Of a stretch of DNA of 64,000 nt, positions 21,001-30,839 are shown in pieces. The stretch is from a virus. Under the pieces are notes generated by a model, which was not told where the DNA came from, did no database searches, and was given only the letters and a program-made list of their open reading frames with translations. A program made the translations under genes and the position numbers. Positions within the stretch are counted from its first letter, which is position 1. Each line of letters opens with the position of its first letter. Location of the stretch: IMG/VR virus record IMGVR_UViG_3300032242_001844. One strand, given 5' to 3'.

Positions 21001-21647
21001 GTGATGGATCAACTGTTGCATTTACATTGAGCCAAAGCGGAACAACAAACAGCGTTATCGTTTCTGTTAACGGTCTGGTACAGATTCCAATTACTGCATA
21101 TAGTGTAAGTGGAACAACATTAACCTTTACTGAAGCTCCGCTAGCAACTGATATTGTTGATGCTAGAACAATTGTTTCTACATCTGTTGTTACTAGCATT
21201 GCAACAGGCACAAGTGCTGTTGGCTTACAAGATAGTGGCGCTGGCACAGGCAATGCTTATATAAACACTAACGGAACTTATCGTTATATTGCAAACACTG
21301 CAACTGGTGGTAGCAACTATTTCCGTGGTGGTATTGCGCCAATGATGAATCCAGTGGCACTTACAAATGGTGCAAATACTATAGTTGATTCGTTTAGTGC
21401 AAGCACATTTACTGGCGCAAAGTATGTTGTTAAAATGGTTGCAAATAGTGGCGCTATCCAAAGTACAGAATTGCTAGTAGTATCAAACGCTACGGTATCA
21501 AATTATTCAGTAGTAAGCAATGTTTATATTGGTGCTGGTGTTGCAACAGTTGGTGCTAATGTCAGCGGCGGAACAGTTTATATTGTTGCAAAAGCATCTA
21601 CTAATAACGCTACTGCTACATTTATGCCAACATATATGCCAATCTAA
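18033..21647 (+). CDS. Long tail fibre protein
   Basis: MALTR N-terminus, STTTGAL repeats, FTGDGST module. Confidence 0.7.
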   Translation: MALTRVRNNQVYNSDINAATKLQPASITGGLLASNFTYSGNLTVGNLTVNGLTTTVDTTNLVIADPLVVVNRNQSGSPSYDLGFIFGRGNQTNTAMIWEEAAQQFQLQYTSESTAGTTFGTINNSGFANLQVYGLAAGNATITSVNFTNATLPNVRITGGYIDGTAIGANTPNTVVATSVTTSSGGQISGYLTGAIGANSANTGAFSTLTTTSTIISQGTITGAGQVIAYFNGAIGANGANTGSFTTVVTTGNTYSGGNIIAASTTAATTITTGSLVAKGGAGIAGQLVVGTGLGLAGNGTIYTSSTTATVFNTISTTVNAFGAATTASIGATTGTTTINNNLKAPSFTASAGGNIAGYFIGAIGANTANSGAFTTVTTTGGIALNTNASIVTDQTTASVFNTGVTTLNLGQAATTINMGLNGASSVYVAGTANSYGSGQGALQITGGFYAGGDSYIAGNLVVANLTSLGYTALSVNSPMVYLDATGITNYNYEIGFYSHKYDAIEGYNHTGLLRNHIDNAWYFFSNLRSEPTGSADLANSYLIYDTVKVGNLIALSGNAATSTTTGALVISGGAGISGSLYAGSIQNTPIGSTTASTGAFTTITTTSTINSQGTVSAPTVNAGTFGNSGAVFTGASQTLTGNVNAQNFNGGNAATVGYLIANSGTNSTSTGTGALQVQGGVGVTGNIYLGSNVFAGTLSYSDTNIKYVGQQNYNGYIQSILQNTNNGSSASSDFIVNNDQSTASTYYGDFGINSSGFSGSGSLSAPNNVYLTATSSDLVLGTTTSNAIRFVINGGTTDSLIIDTTGNVVVQDNTASTSSTTGALVVQGGAGIVGSIYSGANITAATATIAPTAYASSMYPYANTGDISVYTVGNSNLNVNFNQFAANLVVHGASASGYQNLLVTNGVTGQVGIKIAPNQITGNASLQINSTDSIILPNGSTAQRPSNGVAGMFRYNNNTNQLEYYSSGSSSWVSSSGAFTTVSEDSFTGDGSTVAFTLSQSGTTNSVIVSVNGLVQIPITAYSVSGTTLTFTEAPLATDIVDARTIVSTSVVTSIATGTSAVGLQDSGAGTGNAYINTNGTYRYIANTATGGSNYFRGGIAPMMNPVALTNGANTIVDSFSASTFTGAKYVVKMVANSGAIQSTELLVVSNATVSNYSVVSNVYIGAGVATVGANVSGGTVYIVAKASTNNATATFMPTYMPI

Positions 21648-21652
21648 ACCCA

Positions 21653-21698
21653 TTAATCTCTCTGTGAACTATCAATAAATACTACACATAGAGATTAA
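21653..21698 (+). promoter_or_regulatory. Hairpin enclosing late promoter and sequestering RBS
   Basis: ttaatctct.tgtg ... caca.agagattaa arms around TAAATA, just before ATG 21701. Confidence 0.55.
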
Positions 21699-21700
21699 AC

Positions 21701-24586
21701 ATGGCCTTAACAAGACTTCGTGCTTTTGACATCCTTGATAGCGATTTTAAAAATAATTGTAGAGTAACTTCTACTAGTAATATCACATCGCTATATACTG
21801 GTGCTCCAAATATAGTAGATGGTGTAACTTTAGTAGTAGGGGATCGTGTTCTTGTTCAAGGACAAGCTACCACTTCTCAAAACGGCATCTATCGTGTAAC
21901 AGTTGTTGGTACTGGTACTAACGGAACTTGGGTGCGTGATACAGATGCTGCACAGCCATATAGTCTTTCTGCTGGTGCAATGACATATGTTGCTGAAGGA
22001 ACAACTTATTCTAATAAATTTTACTATGTTACCACGCTTGGTAACATTATTATTGATACGACTGGTATAACTTTTACTAGTTTAACTGCTGCAGTTGGTG
22101 CAACAAATCCTGGCGGTTCTAATACTTTTGTTCAGTTTAATGATGGCGGTATTTTTGGTGGCGCTGCCTATCTACAATATAATAAAACAAGTGGTAATCT
22201 TGTAAGCAATAGTACTACTGTTAGTACATCTACTACAACTGGCGCTATAGTTACTCCAAGTATTGGCGTAACTGGTAACATAAATGCAAATGCGTATTAC
22301 GGAAATTATTATCTTTATAGCAACGGTAATCCTATCACTACTCCTGCGGGTGGTGGCAATAGTATGGTTCAATTTAATAGCAGTGGATCATTTACTGGTG
22401 CAACCTATCTACAATATAACTTAATAAGTGGTAACCTTGTATCTAATAGTACTACAACATCTACTAGTACTACGACTGGTGCAGTCGTTGTTCCTAGTGC
22501 TGGTATAAGCGGTAACTTGTATGTTGGTAATATTGTAACAACGAGTGGCATCTATTATCCAAACGGCGCAACGGCTGGTGGCGGAGCAAGTGGTGGCGGA
22601 AACACCATGATACAATTCAGCAATGCTGGTGTATTTGGTGGTGCAACTTACCTACAATACAACTATGTTAGTGGTAATTTAGTATCTAACAGTGCAACAA
22701 CATCTACATCTACAACAACTGGCGCACTAGTTATTGGCGGCGGTGTTGGTGTTGGTGGTAACATAAATGCTAGTGGGTATTCAGTTGCAAGTGGTTCCTT
22801 TAATGAAACCGCTTCAACATCTGGCGTTTATTCTGGTATTGTTGCTGCAACACCAAGAATTGCTTTAATAAATGGCAATGCATCTGCTACTTGGGAAATT
22901 GACAATAGTCTTGGCACTTTTAGAATTTTTAATCCTAATATTCTTAGAATGAGTATAGATTATTTTGGTAATTTATCACTTCCTGGCGCAATGTCTATCA
23001 CCAATACTTCTGTTAGTACTTCCGCAACTACGGGTGCTATTGTAATCAGTGGTGGTATGGGTGTTGGTGGTGCAGTATATGCAAACAATTTCAATGCTGT
23101 GTCTCTATATGCTGGAACAATTGGCAATACGGGATCAACCTTAACTGGAGCGTTATCGACCGCAGCACAAACTAATATTACTTCACTTGGTTCACTAACC
23201 AGTTTAACTATGGCAGGTGCTATTAATGGACAAACCATCAATGGTACTTCAATACTTGGAACTACAATCGGTAATACCGCAAGTGCCGTTAACGGTAACT
23301 TAGTAACTGCTGCAGCAATTTATGCAGGTACCATAGGTAATACTGGTGCAGTACACACAGGTGCTAGTGCAACATTTTCGGGCACAACTAATACAAGTGG
23401 TCTTGGAACAGGCGCACTTATTATTAGCCAAGGTGGTGCTGCAATTCAACAAGATTTGTATGTTGGTGGCAATATCTACGCAGCTAATATTATCTCACAA
23501 ACATCGCAACAGCTTGTTGTCAGTGATCCGTTAATTTACTTAAGCGCAAATGCTGGGTCATACAATTATGAAATAGGTTTTTATAGTCACTTTGTTGGCG
23601 GCAATGTTAACAATTATCAACATACTGGTCTTACTCGTAACCATATTAATAATCAATGGTATTTGTTTTCTAACTTACCAGAACCAAGTGGCGGCGTAGT
23701 TGATCTAGCAAATACAAATATTGTATATGATACTATCAGACTTGGTTCAGTTTTAATACAAAACACAACTACTGCAAGCAGCACCACCAGCGGCGCTCTT
23801 CAAGTTGCAGGTGGTGCAAGCATCGTTGGCGCATTGTACGCAAACAACTTTAATGGAACTGCTGTATATGCGGGTACGATTGGTAACACAGGCACAACAT
23901 TAACAGGCACACTATCAACTGCAGCACAGACCAATATTACTTCACTTGGTGCATTAACTAGTTTAACTATGGCAGGTGCTATTAATGGACAAACCATCAA
24001 TGGTACTTCAATATTAGGCACAACTATTGGTAACACAGCAAGTGCCATTAATGGTAACTTAGTAACTGCTGCTGCTATATATGCAGGTACCATAGGCAAC
24101 ACAAGTGCTTCTCTAGTTGGAACTATTTCTACTGCAGCACAGACCAATATTACTTCACTTGGTGCATTAACTAGTTTAACTATGGCAGGTGCTATAAATG
24201 GACAAACCATCAATGGTACTTCAATACTTGGAACTACAATCGGTAATACCGCAAGTGCCGTTAACGGTAACATTCATACTGGTAGTGCAATATATGCTGG
24301 TACCATAGGTAATAGCGGTGCAAATCATTACGGTGCTACTGTTGTTACAACAGGAAACATTTATAGTGGCGGTAATATTGTTGCTGCAAGCGGAACTGCT
24401 ACTAATAGTACAACAACAGGTGCTATCGTTGTAACTGGTGGTGTAGGTGTTAGCGCAAATGTGTATACAGGTGGAAATATCTATACACAGCAACGCCAAG
24501 GATTTACTTACAGTGGCAACAATACTAGTGTGGCTTACACATATTATAACGCTACGACCAATAGTTTAGATACGGTATTTGGATAA
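21701..24586 (+). CDS. Tail fibre protein
   Basis: DGVTLVVGDRVLV..QNGIY fibre N-terminal domain; 71-aa repeats. Confidence 0.75.
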   Translation: MALTRLRAFDILDSDFKNNCRVTSTSNITSLYTGAPNIVDGVTLVVGDRVLVQGQATTSQNGIYRVTVVGTGTNGTWVRDTDAAQPYSLSAGAMTYVAEGTTYSNKFYYVTTLGNIIIDTTGITFTSLTAAVGATNPGGSNTFVQFNDGGIFGGAAYLQYNKTSGNLVSNSTTVSTSTTTGAIVTPSIGVTGNINANAYYGNYYLYSNGNPITTPAGGGNSMVQFNSSGSFTGATYLQYNLISGNLVSNSTTTSTSTTTGAVVVPSAGISGNLYVGNIVTTSGIYYPNGATAGGGASGGGNTMIQFSNAGVFGGATYLQYNYVSGNLVSNSATTSTSTTTGALVIGGGVGVGGNINASGYSVASGSFNETASTSGVYSGIVAATPRIALINGNASATWEIDNSLGTFRIFNPNILRMSIDYFGNLSLPGAMSITNTSVSTSATTGAIVISGGMGVGGAVYANNFNAVSLYAGTIGNTGSTLTGALSTAAQTNITSLGSLTSLTMAGAINGQTINGTSILGTTIGNTASAVNGNLVTAAAIYAGTIGNTGAVHTGASATFSGTTNTSGLGTGALIISQGGAAIQQDLYVGGNIYAANIISQTSQQLVVSDPLIYLSANAGSYNYEIGFYSHFVGGNVNNYQHTGLTRNHINNQWYLFSNLPEPSGGVVDLANTNIVYDTIRLGSVLIQNTTTASSTTSGALQVAGGASIVGALYANNFNGTAVYAGTIGNTGTTLTGTLSTAAQTNITSLGALTSLTMAGAINGQTINGTSILGTTIGNTASAINGNLVTAAAIYAGTIGNTSASLVGTISTAAQTNITSLGALTSLTMAGAINGQTINGTSILGTTIGNTASAVNGNIHTGSAIYAGTIGNSGANHYGATVVTTGNIYSGGNIVAASGTATNSTTTGAIVVTGGVGVSANVYTGGNIYTQQRQGFTYSGNNTSVAYTYYNATTNSLDTVFG

Positions 24587-27500
24587 TGGCAGTAGCATCT
24601 CGGTTGAATACTAATGGAAACCTTCAAGTAGGTGGATCATTTGATGAACTAAGTCTTGGCGTAGGTTCTATAAGTTTGAATGGGACAAGTCAGTATTTAA
24701 TTGCTCCCAGCAGTACAGACTTTGCTTTAGGTACAGGAGATTTTACAGTTGAATGCTGGATATATCCGACAGCATGGACTAATGATAATGGTACTTTTAT
24801 AGATTTTAGACAGGGTACTGGCGTTAATAATCAAGTAAAAATAAGATTATTTTTAACTGGCGGAACATTAACTTTATATGTTAGTTTAGTTAATCAAATT
24901 ACAACTACTCTTGCCTCTCTTAATACATGGTATCATATAGCATTGGTAAGGTTATCTGGGTCTACAAAGCTTTATGTAAATGGTGTTCAAGGTGGTTCAA
25001 CTTACACCGATGCAAACGATTACGGTTCGGTTGCTCAAGATATGGTTATAGGACAAGTTGGTGATCTGCGAGCTTTTGGTACAGGGTATTTTGCTGGTTA
25101 TATCTCAAATGTAAGAATAGTAAAAGGAACGGCGGTATACACCGCTGCATTTACACCATCACAATCATTGTTACCTAATATAACAAATACGAAGTTATTA
25201 TTGAATGTAATAAGCTCAACTACTTTTATTAAAGATAATAGTACAAATAATTATACGCTAACAAATGTTGGAACGGCTACATGGATCGCAACGGGACCAT
25301 TTAATAGGGGTAATACTGCATTAAAACAAAGATTGCTCAGTGATGGTACATTTCAGATAGCAAATACATTTGATGAAGTTACAATAAATCCAATTACTGC
25401 TGGGCTAGCTCAGAAACTTTTTGCAAATGGAACTTTACAGATTGCTGGAATATTTGATGAGTGGACAGGTGCTCCTGTTGTAGATAGCAGTTTAATGGTA
25501 TGGCTAGATGCTGGTCAACCTTCAAGTTATAGTGGTAGCGGAGCAACTTGGACAGATTTAAGCGGAAACGGTAAAAATTATACACTATCTAATGGTCCAA
25601 CTTTTAACAGTGGTGCTAAAAGCACAACTGGTGGCACTTTAACATTTACGACCGCAAGTAGTCAATATGCTACAAGTGCATCTTCCCTATTCAATTCTAC
25701 TACCTATAATACATTTACAATGAACATTTGGATATATCCAACAAGTTCAGGAAATATTATTCAAATTGATGGTCAGGCGGCGCTTGCTACTGGTTATCAT
25801 GCCAGTGCCATAGAAATTACTGCTGCTGGAGTTATTTCATTTGGACTATGGACAGGCAGTCTTACAACTATTGCAACCTCTACGCAAAGTTTAAATGCTT
25901 GGTATAATTTAGTTATCACTTATAACGGAACAACTGCAACTGCGTATGTAAATGGTGCCAGTGTTGGTTCATCTAATATAACATGGTCTGCACCAGGTAC
26001 AAACACATTTATGGCACTAATGGCAGCAGACGGCACTAATATGGGAACTAATGCATATACTAGTGGTAATCTTGGTGCGTTTATGGTATACAATCGTAGT
26101 TTGACAGTAGACGAAGTAACTTCAAACTATAACGCACTTCGAAGAAGATATGGTCGTTAAGATAGGTCTAAATATACAGTGGGATAATTAATGGCAAAAT
26201 TAGTAGACGGCACACGCATTTATGGTAACGCAACGATTGATGGCAACCTTGTTATCTCTGGTGGTTATGCTGCGACTAGTACTACAACAGGCAGTTTGCA
26301 GTTAACGGGTGGTGCTGGCGTTAGTGGTGCTATATATGCAAATAATTTCAATGCCGTATCTCTATATGCAGGTACCATAGGCAACACAGGTGCTTCTTTA
26401 GTTGGCACTATATCAACCGCAGCACAGACCAATATTACTTCGGTAGGTGCACTAACCAGTTTAACTATGGCAGGTGCTATAAATGGACAGGCTATTAATG
26501 GTACCTCTGTTCTTGGCACTACGATTGGTAATACGGCAAGTGCCATTAATGGTAACTTAGTAACTGCTGCTGCAGTATATGCAGGTACTATAGGTAACAC
26601 AAGTGCTTCTCTAGTTGGAACAATATCAACCGCAGCACAAACAAATATTACTTCACTTGGTTCACTAACCAGTTTAACTATGGCAGGTGCTATAAATGGA
26701 CAGGCTATTAATGGTACTTCAATATTAGGCACAACTATAGGCAATGTTGCTTCTGCCGTTAACGGTAACATTCATACTGGTAGTGCAATTTATGCAGGTA
26801 CCATAGGCAACACAGGTGCTTCTCTAGTTGGAACCTTAACAACTGCTTCTCAGACCAGTATTACTTCCGTTGGTACACTAACTTCAATAACAGTAAGTGG
26901 CAACACTACATTAAACAATTATGCAAACATTTATATCGCAACTGGTAGCACATCACAAACAAGTGCGCTAACAGTTGTTGGTAACATCTATGGTCAAGGT
27001 GGTACAGGATATCTTGATTTTCTCAAATTACAAAACACTTATAGTGCCGCAACTAACCCAAACAAGTATTTCCGCTTAAATCCTACTGGTGGTTTTGAAG
27101 TTGTTAACAGTGCATACACTCAAACTATTTTCATATTGAGTGACACAGGCTCTATCACTATTCCAACTGCAGCCACAGCAACTATAGGAAATCTTATCAC
27201 TACAAATGGCGTCTATTATCCAAACGGAACTGCATATAGTAGTGGTGGCGGAAGTGGTGTAACAAGTGTTGCTGCTGGAACAGGCGTTACTGTCAGTGGC
27301 ACTGGTGCTGGTCCTTACACTGGTGCGGTTACAGTAAACATTGGTCAGGCAGTTGGTACAGGTAATACGCCAACATTTGCTGGTTTAGTATTAAGCGGTA
27401 CTTTAAATGGACAGGCTATTAATGGTACCTCTGTTCTTGGTACAACTATAGGCAATACTGCAAGTGCCATTAATGGTAACTTAGTAACTGCTGCTGCTAT

Positions 27501-27660
27501 ATATGCAGGTACCATAGGCAACACAAGTGCTTCTCTAGTTGGAACTATTTCTACTGCAGCACAGACAAATATTACTTCACTTGGTGCATTAACTAGCTTA
27601 ACTATGGCAGGTGCTATAAATGGACAAACCATTAATGGTACTAGCATTTTAGCAACAACG
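23162..27660 (+). repeat. Dispersed ~213-bp (71-aa) near-identical module, six copies across two fibre genes
   Basis: gcagcaca(a/g)ac..aatattacttc starts at 23162, 23921, 24134, 26419, 26632, 27556; tandem pairs are 213 bp apart. Confidence 0.85.
24586..26160 (+). CDS. Double LamG-domain virion protein
   Basis: GDFTVECWIY, WYHIALVR, WLDAG, WYNLVITYNG motifs. Confidence 0.8.
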   Translation: MAVASRLNTNGNLQVGGSFDELSLGVGSISLNGTSQYLIAPSSTDFALGTGDFTVECWIYPTAWTNDNGTFIDFRQGTGVNNQVKIRLFLTGGTLTLYVSLVNQITTTLASLNTWYHIALVRLSGSTKLYVNGVQGGSTYTDANDYGSVAQDMVIGQVGDLRAFGTGYFAGYISNVRIVKGTAVYTAAFTPSQSLLPNITNTKLLLNVISSTTFIKDNSTNNYTLTNVGTATWIATGPFNRGNTALKQRLLSDGTFQIANTFDEVTINPITAGLAQKLFANGTLQIAGIFDEWTGAPVVDSSLMVWLDAGQPSSYSGSGATWTDLSGNGKNYTLSNGPTFNSGAKSTTGGTLTFTTASSQYATSASSLFNSTTYNTFTMNIWIYPTSSGNIIQIDGQAALATGYHASAIEITAAGVISFGLWTGSLTTIATSTQSLNAWYNLVITYNGTTATAYVNGASVGSSNITWSAPGTNTFMALMAADGTNMGTNAYTSGNLGAFMVYNRSLTVDEVTSNYNALRRRYGR

Positions 27661-28296
27661 ATAGGTAACACAAATACTGTTCATTATGGTACAACATTTG
27701 GTGCTACAACTGCTTTCTTACCAACAGCAAACAACGCAGTAAGTCTTGCAAACGCCACCAACTATATGAGCAGTGTCTACTCAGTAAACTATTATGTAGG
27801 CAATGTGATATTGCCAATAGCTAACCTTAACCCAAGCATAGGAACTGCACAGGCAACATTTAACAATGTGTATGCAGTAACTTTTCTTGGAACTTCAACC
27901 ACTGCAAAATACGCTGACTTAGCCGAAATGTATTTGGCAGATGCACAATATCAGCCAGGAACTGTTTTGATATTTGGAGGTGATGATGAAGTAACTACCA
28001 CAGATATATCGCATGATCCTCGCGTTGCTGGCATCGTTTCTACAAACCCAGCTTATCTTATGAATGATAATTTTGAAGATGGTTATTATGTTCCTGTTGG
28101 ACTAACAGGTCGCTTGCCTTGTTTTGTGCAAGGTCCAGTAAAAAAAGGTGATATTTTAGTTGCAAGCAGTATAAAAGGCGTTGCCCAAAAACTATCAGAT
28201 AGCAAATACCGTGTAGGTTGCGTAATTGGTAAGTGTCTTCAGGATCATGATCTAGATACCATAAAGAAAATAGAAGTAGTGGTTGGTAGGTTCTAA
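26191..28296 (+). CDS. Tail fibre with C-terminal intramolecular-chaperone (peptidase G2-like) domain
   Basis: YADLAEMY, GIVSTNPAYLMN, GLTGRLPC, VVVGRF. Confidence 0.75.
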   Translation: MAKLVDGTRIYGNATIDGNLVISGGYAATSTTTGSLQLTGGAGVSGAIYANNFNAVSLYAGTIGNTGASLVGTISTAAQTNITSVGALTSLTMAGAINGQAINGTSVLGTTIGNTASAINGNLVTAAAVYAGTIGNTSASLVGTISTAAQTNITSLGSLTSLTMAGAINGQAINGTSILGTTIGNVASAVNGNIHTGSAIYAGTIGNTGASLVGTLTTASQTSITSVGTLTSITVSGNTTLNNYANIYIATGSTSQTSALTVVGNIYGQGGTGYLDFLKLQNTYSAATNPNKYFRLNPTGGFEVVNSAYTQTIFILSDTGSITIPTAATATIGNLITTNGVYYPNGTAYSSGGGSGVTSVAAGTGVTVSGTGAGPYTGAVTVNIGQAVGTGNTPTFAGLVLSGTLNGQAINGTSVLGTTIGNTASAINGNLVTAAAIYAGTIGNTSASLVGTISTAAQTNITSLGALTSLTMAGAINGQTINGTSILATTIGNTNTVHYGTTFGATTAFLPTANNAVSLANATNYMSSVYSVNYYVGNVILPIANLNPSIGTAQATFNNVYAVTFLGTSTTAKYADLAEMYLADAQYQPGTVLIFGGDDEVTTTDISHDPRVAGIVSTNPAYLMNDNFEDGYYVPVGLTGRLPCFVQGPVKKGDILVASSIKGVAQKLSDSKYRVGCVIGKCLQDHDLDTIKKIEVVVGRF

Positions 28297-28322
28297 TAAA
28301 TATATCTAACAGGAACTCATAA

Positions 28323-29036
28323 ATGCCAACCTTAAGTCAGCAATATTATCGAAGAAATTATAGCGGCGAGTCTATCACACATGTTGAAAACAACGAATTA
28401 AAAAGCGTATTTGTCGCTCCTCGTGAATTTCCATACGATTTTAATACTAGAACTGCTATTGTTTTAGGAAATGGGCTAGGCAGAACTACTCCAGAGGTTC
28501 AACTTTTATTAAAACAAAATAATGGCAGAGTTGCTGAAGGATATAAACTTACATATGCATGTAACGCTGCTCATCGTGACACTGCGGCTGACTATTATAT
28601 TTTAAAAAATAATATATTTTTTGGAGATATTTCATTAACTAATTATAATAAAATGTTTGTTCCAAATGACATGTGGTTTAATTATCGTGATGCAAACTTA
28701 CTTCCTTTTGTATATCACATGGATGCTGGAGCAAGTGCTGCTTATCTTGCTTGTTTTGATGGCGCAAAGAAAGTATTTTTATTTGGTTTTGATGGCACAG
28801 ACGGCGTAACCAGTGAAAATATATACGCTGATACTATGGGATATAGCAGCGCAGAGACAATAGAAGATTTTAATAAGTTTAATATGAATTTATACATGGT
28901 AATGTTTAGATATTCAGATACTGAATTTTATAGAGTTAGAAATCAACATAGCCATGATTTTTATTCAAGTTTAAAAAATCTTCCAAACTATCACGAAGTA
29001 ACTGTGCGTGATGCAGTAATTTTAGGCGATTTCTAA
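28323..29036 (+). CDS. Maf/MptE-like (glycosyltransferase-related) protein
   Basis: AIVLGNG, YACNA, GASAAYLA, VFLFGFD motifs. Confidence 0.5.
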   Translation: MPTLSQQYYRRNYSGESITHVENNELKSVFVAPREFPYDFNTRTAIVLGNGLGRTTPEVQLLLKQNNGRVAEGYKLTYACNAAHRDTAADYYILKNNIFFGDISLTNYNKMFVPNDMWFNYRDANLLPFVYHMDAGASAAYLACFDGAKKVFLFGFDGTDGVTSENIYADTMGYSSAETIEDFNKFNMNLYMVMFRYSDTEFYRVRNQHSHDFYSSLKNLPNYHEVTVRDAVILGDF

Positions 29037-29459
29037 TAATTCGTGAATTGTTTTAAGTTTTTCTTGTATAACACGGTTATTAAAACTATTATATAAACCA
29101 GGATGAAGGGGCTTTGGTGTATTGTTTAAATTGCACCATGCATAGCCTTTGTGTTCATTGCTTAGATTAGGTATGAACTCAGTTTTTACCAGTAACACAA
29201 AGGTATGATAATTAAAATGACCATCTGGCGATGAAAACAATTCAAGAGGAATAGTTTTTAATACTGGCGGAATAAACCCAATTTCTTCAGAAACTTCGCG
29301 CAATAGACCTTGTTGAATAGTTTCATCTTTTTCTAGTTGACCGCCAACCAATCCCCAAGTTCCGCTATATGTATCTTGATCTCGCAACAGAAATAAACCA
29401 CGACCAGTTTTTGTGCTTATAAAAAGCGCACCAGCAGCAGTTAGATCACTATGCTCCAA
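29022..29459 (-). CDS. NUDIX hydrolase (likely TTG start 29459)
   Basis: Nudix box GGQLEKDETIQQGLLREVSEEIG. Confidence 0.85.
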   Translation of the reverse strand: MEHSDLTAAGALFISTKTGRGLFLLRDQDTYSGTWGLVGGQLEKDETIQQGLLREVSEEIGFIPPVLKTIPLELFSSPDGHFNYHTFVLLVKTEFIPNLSNEHKGYAWCNLNNTPKPLHPGLYNSFNNRVIQEKLKTIHELLEIA

Positions 29460-30835
29460 TACCCTTCTTGATACAAACCTTCCCAGCTTTTTTGCCATTG
29501 CGATACATTCCAAACATATTGAATTCTAGTATGTGTGTTAGTAACATACTGGTTGATGCTGTTACTTAGCGGATGAAAACTAACTACCCAATTTGTTCCA
29601 TTATAAGATATAATATCATTTGCTTTTGCTGTTAAACTTGAACCATCTCTATTTTGCCATACCGCTGCTCCATTGCCAATAGCATTTGTAGCAGCACCTA
29701 AATCATTAACTATCAGATATCTTTGTCCTGTTGCCGCTGCGGGTAAACCAATTCCTGGACCATTTACAGTAGGATCAACAATAGCATCTACGCTTTGTAA
29801 AGTATTTGATGGTATTGTATTTGGATCAACTGTAAAAAACAATTGAGTTGGGTCATGTGGGTTATATGTTACGGTTCCAGTTACCAATCGTTGAGTATCA
29901 GGGTTCGTAAGATATAACAAACTATATGCACCTACTATTTCACCAAAACTTGCAATAACTGGTTGCCATGCAATAGGAGTTCCTAGTGTAGTTGGTATAT
30001 CCAAGTTAGTATTGTTTATTTCTGGTCCTCCTCTATTGACCAGCGTAGCAATGCCATCATTAACAATAACTTGATAACCAGTTGGAGTAAAAAATTGACG
30101 AGAACCTAGTAAATTAACTTGGTCAACTAGTGACTGAGCAAGGTTTCCTTGTGCATCATACACACTAGCAACAACACTTTGAATAACACCAAGGCGTTTT
30201 AGTTTAGCAGGAGTAGTAATCCATATAGGAAGTTCAAAAGTAAGAGTAGCAATATCAATTGGATCATCGCTCATGACTGGAATATTTCTAGTAGTCCAAT
30301 TAGTATCAACTAGCAGTATATAACTTAAACTAGTCCAATCAAGGTAATTGTCACCATTTTGAATTTCCATATCTGGATTAAACTGGCTGCAGATTTGTTC
30401 CCATAACTGTAATTTTTGGTCAAAGTTACTGGTCCATAGTTCCATCTTTACTGTTAATCTATATGGAACAGGCATCAATCTTTCTAAACTAAAATTGTTT
30501 CCTTGAGTTATTGGTGCCGCATTTCCTGTTAGTGGATTAATTGCTCGTTGACGAAGTGCAATGTTATCAACATGGTGCGGTTCTTGTATTCTAGTTCTGT
30601 CATACTTGGCATCAGTTATGTAAACAACAATCATTGGAACATTGTTAATGCTATTATCGCTGTTATTTTTCAAAATAGCAGCCGCTTGTCTATTCGTGTC
30701 TGCATATCTGCATGGCACACGATATAAAACTTGATTACCATTAACATCATTTCCAAATTCAACAAATGTATTTGAAAAAATTCTTACAAATTGATTCATA
30801 AATCTGCGTATTTGTTTATCGTAAAAGAACTCCAC
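29441..30835 (-). CDS. Tail sheath stabiliser/tail terminator (T4 gp15-like) with C-terminal extension
   Basis: FYDKQIRR..F..IFSN N-terminus, PVPYRL, QI..QFNP motifs. Confidence 0.65.
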   Translation of the reverse strand: MEFFYDKQIRRFMNQFVRIFSNTFVEFGNDVNGNQVLYRVPCRYADTNRQAAAILKNNSDNSINNVPMIVVYITDAKYDRTRIQEPHHVDNIALRQRAINPLTGNAAPITQGNNFSLERLMPVPYRLTVKMELWTSNFDQKLQLWEQICSQFNPDMEIQNGDNYLDWTSLSYILLVDTNWTTRNIPVMSDDPIDIATLTFELPIWITTPAKLKRLGVIQSVVASVYDAQGNLAQSLVDQVNLLGSRQFFTPTGYQVIVNDGIATLVNRGGPEINNTNLDIPTTLGTPIAWQPVIASFGEIVGAYSLLYLTNPDTQRLVTGTVTYNPHDPTQLFFTVDPNTIPSNTLQSVDAIVDPTVNGPGIGLPAAATGQRYLIVNDLGAATNAIGNGAAVWQNRDGSSLTAKANDIISYNGTNWVVSFHPLSNSINQYVTNTHTRIQYVWNVSQWQKSWEGLYQEGYWSIVI

Positions 30836-30839
30836 TTGA

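Noticed and set aside
23162-27660. CRISPR array or diversity-generating retroelement
   Set aside because: Repeats are in-frame coding modules without spacers; no reverse transcriptase in the window and no adenine-specific TR/VR pair noticed
924-27671. Many minus-strand and alternate-frame ORFs over the structural genes
   Set aside because: Shadow ORFs caused by repetitive Gly/Thr/Ala codons; no SD or promoter, fully overlapped by better genes
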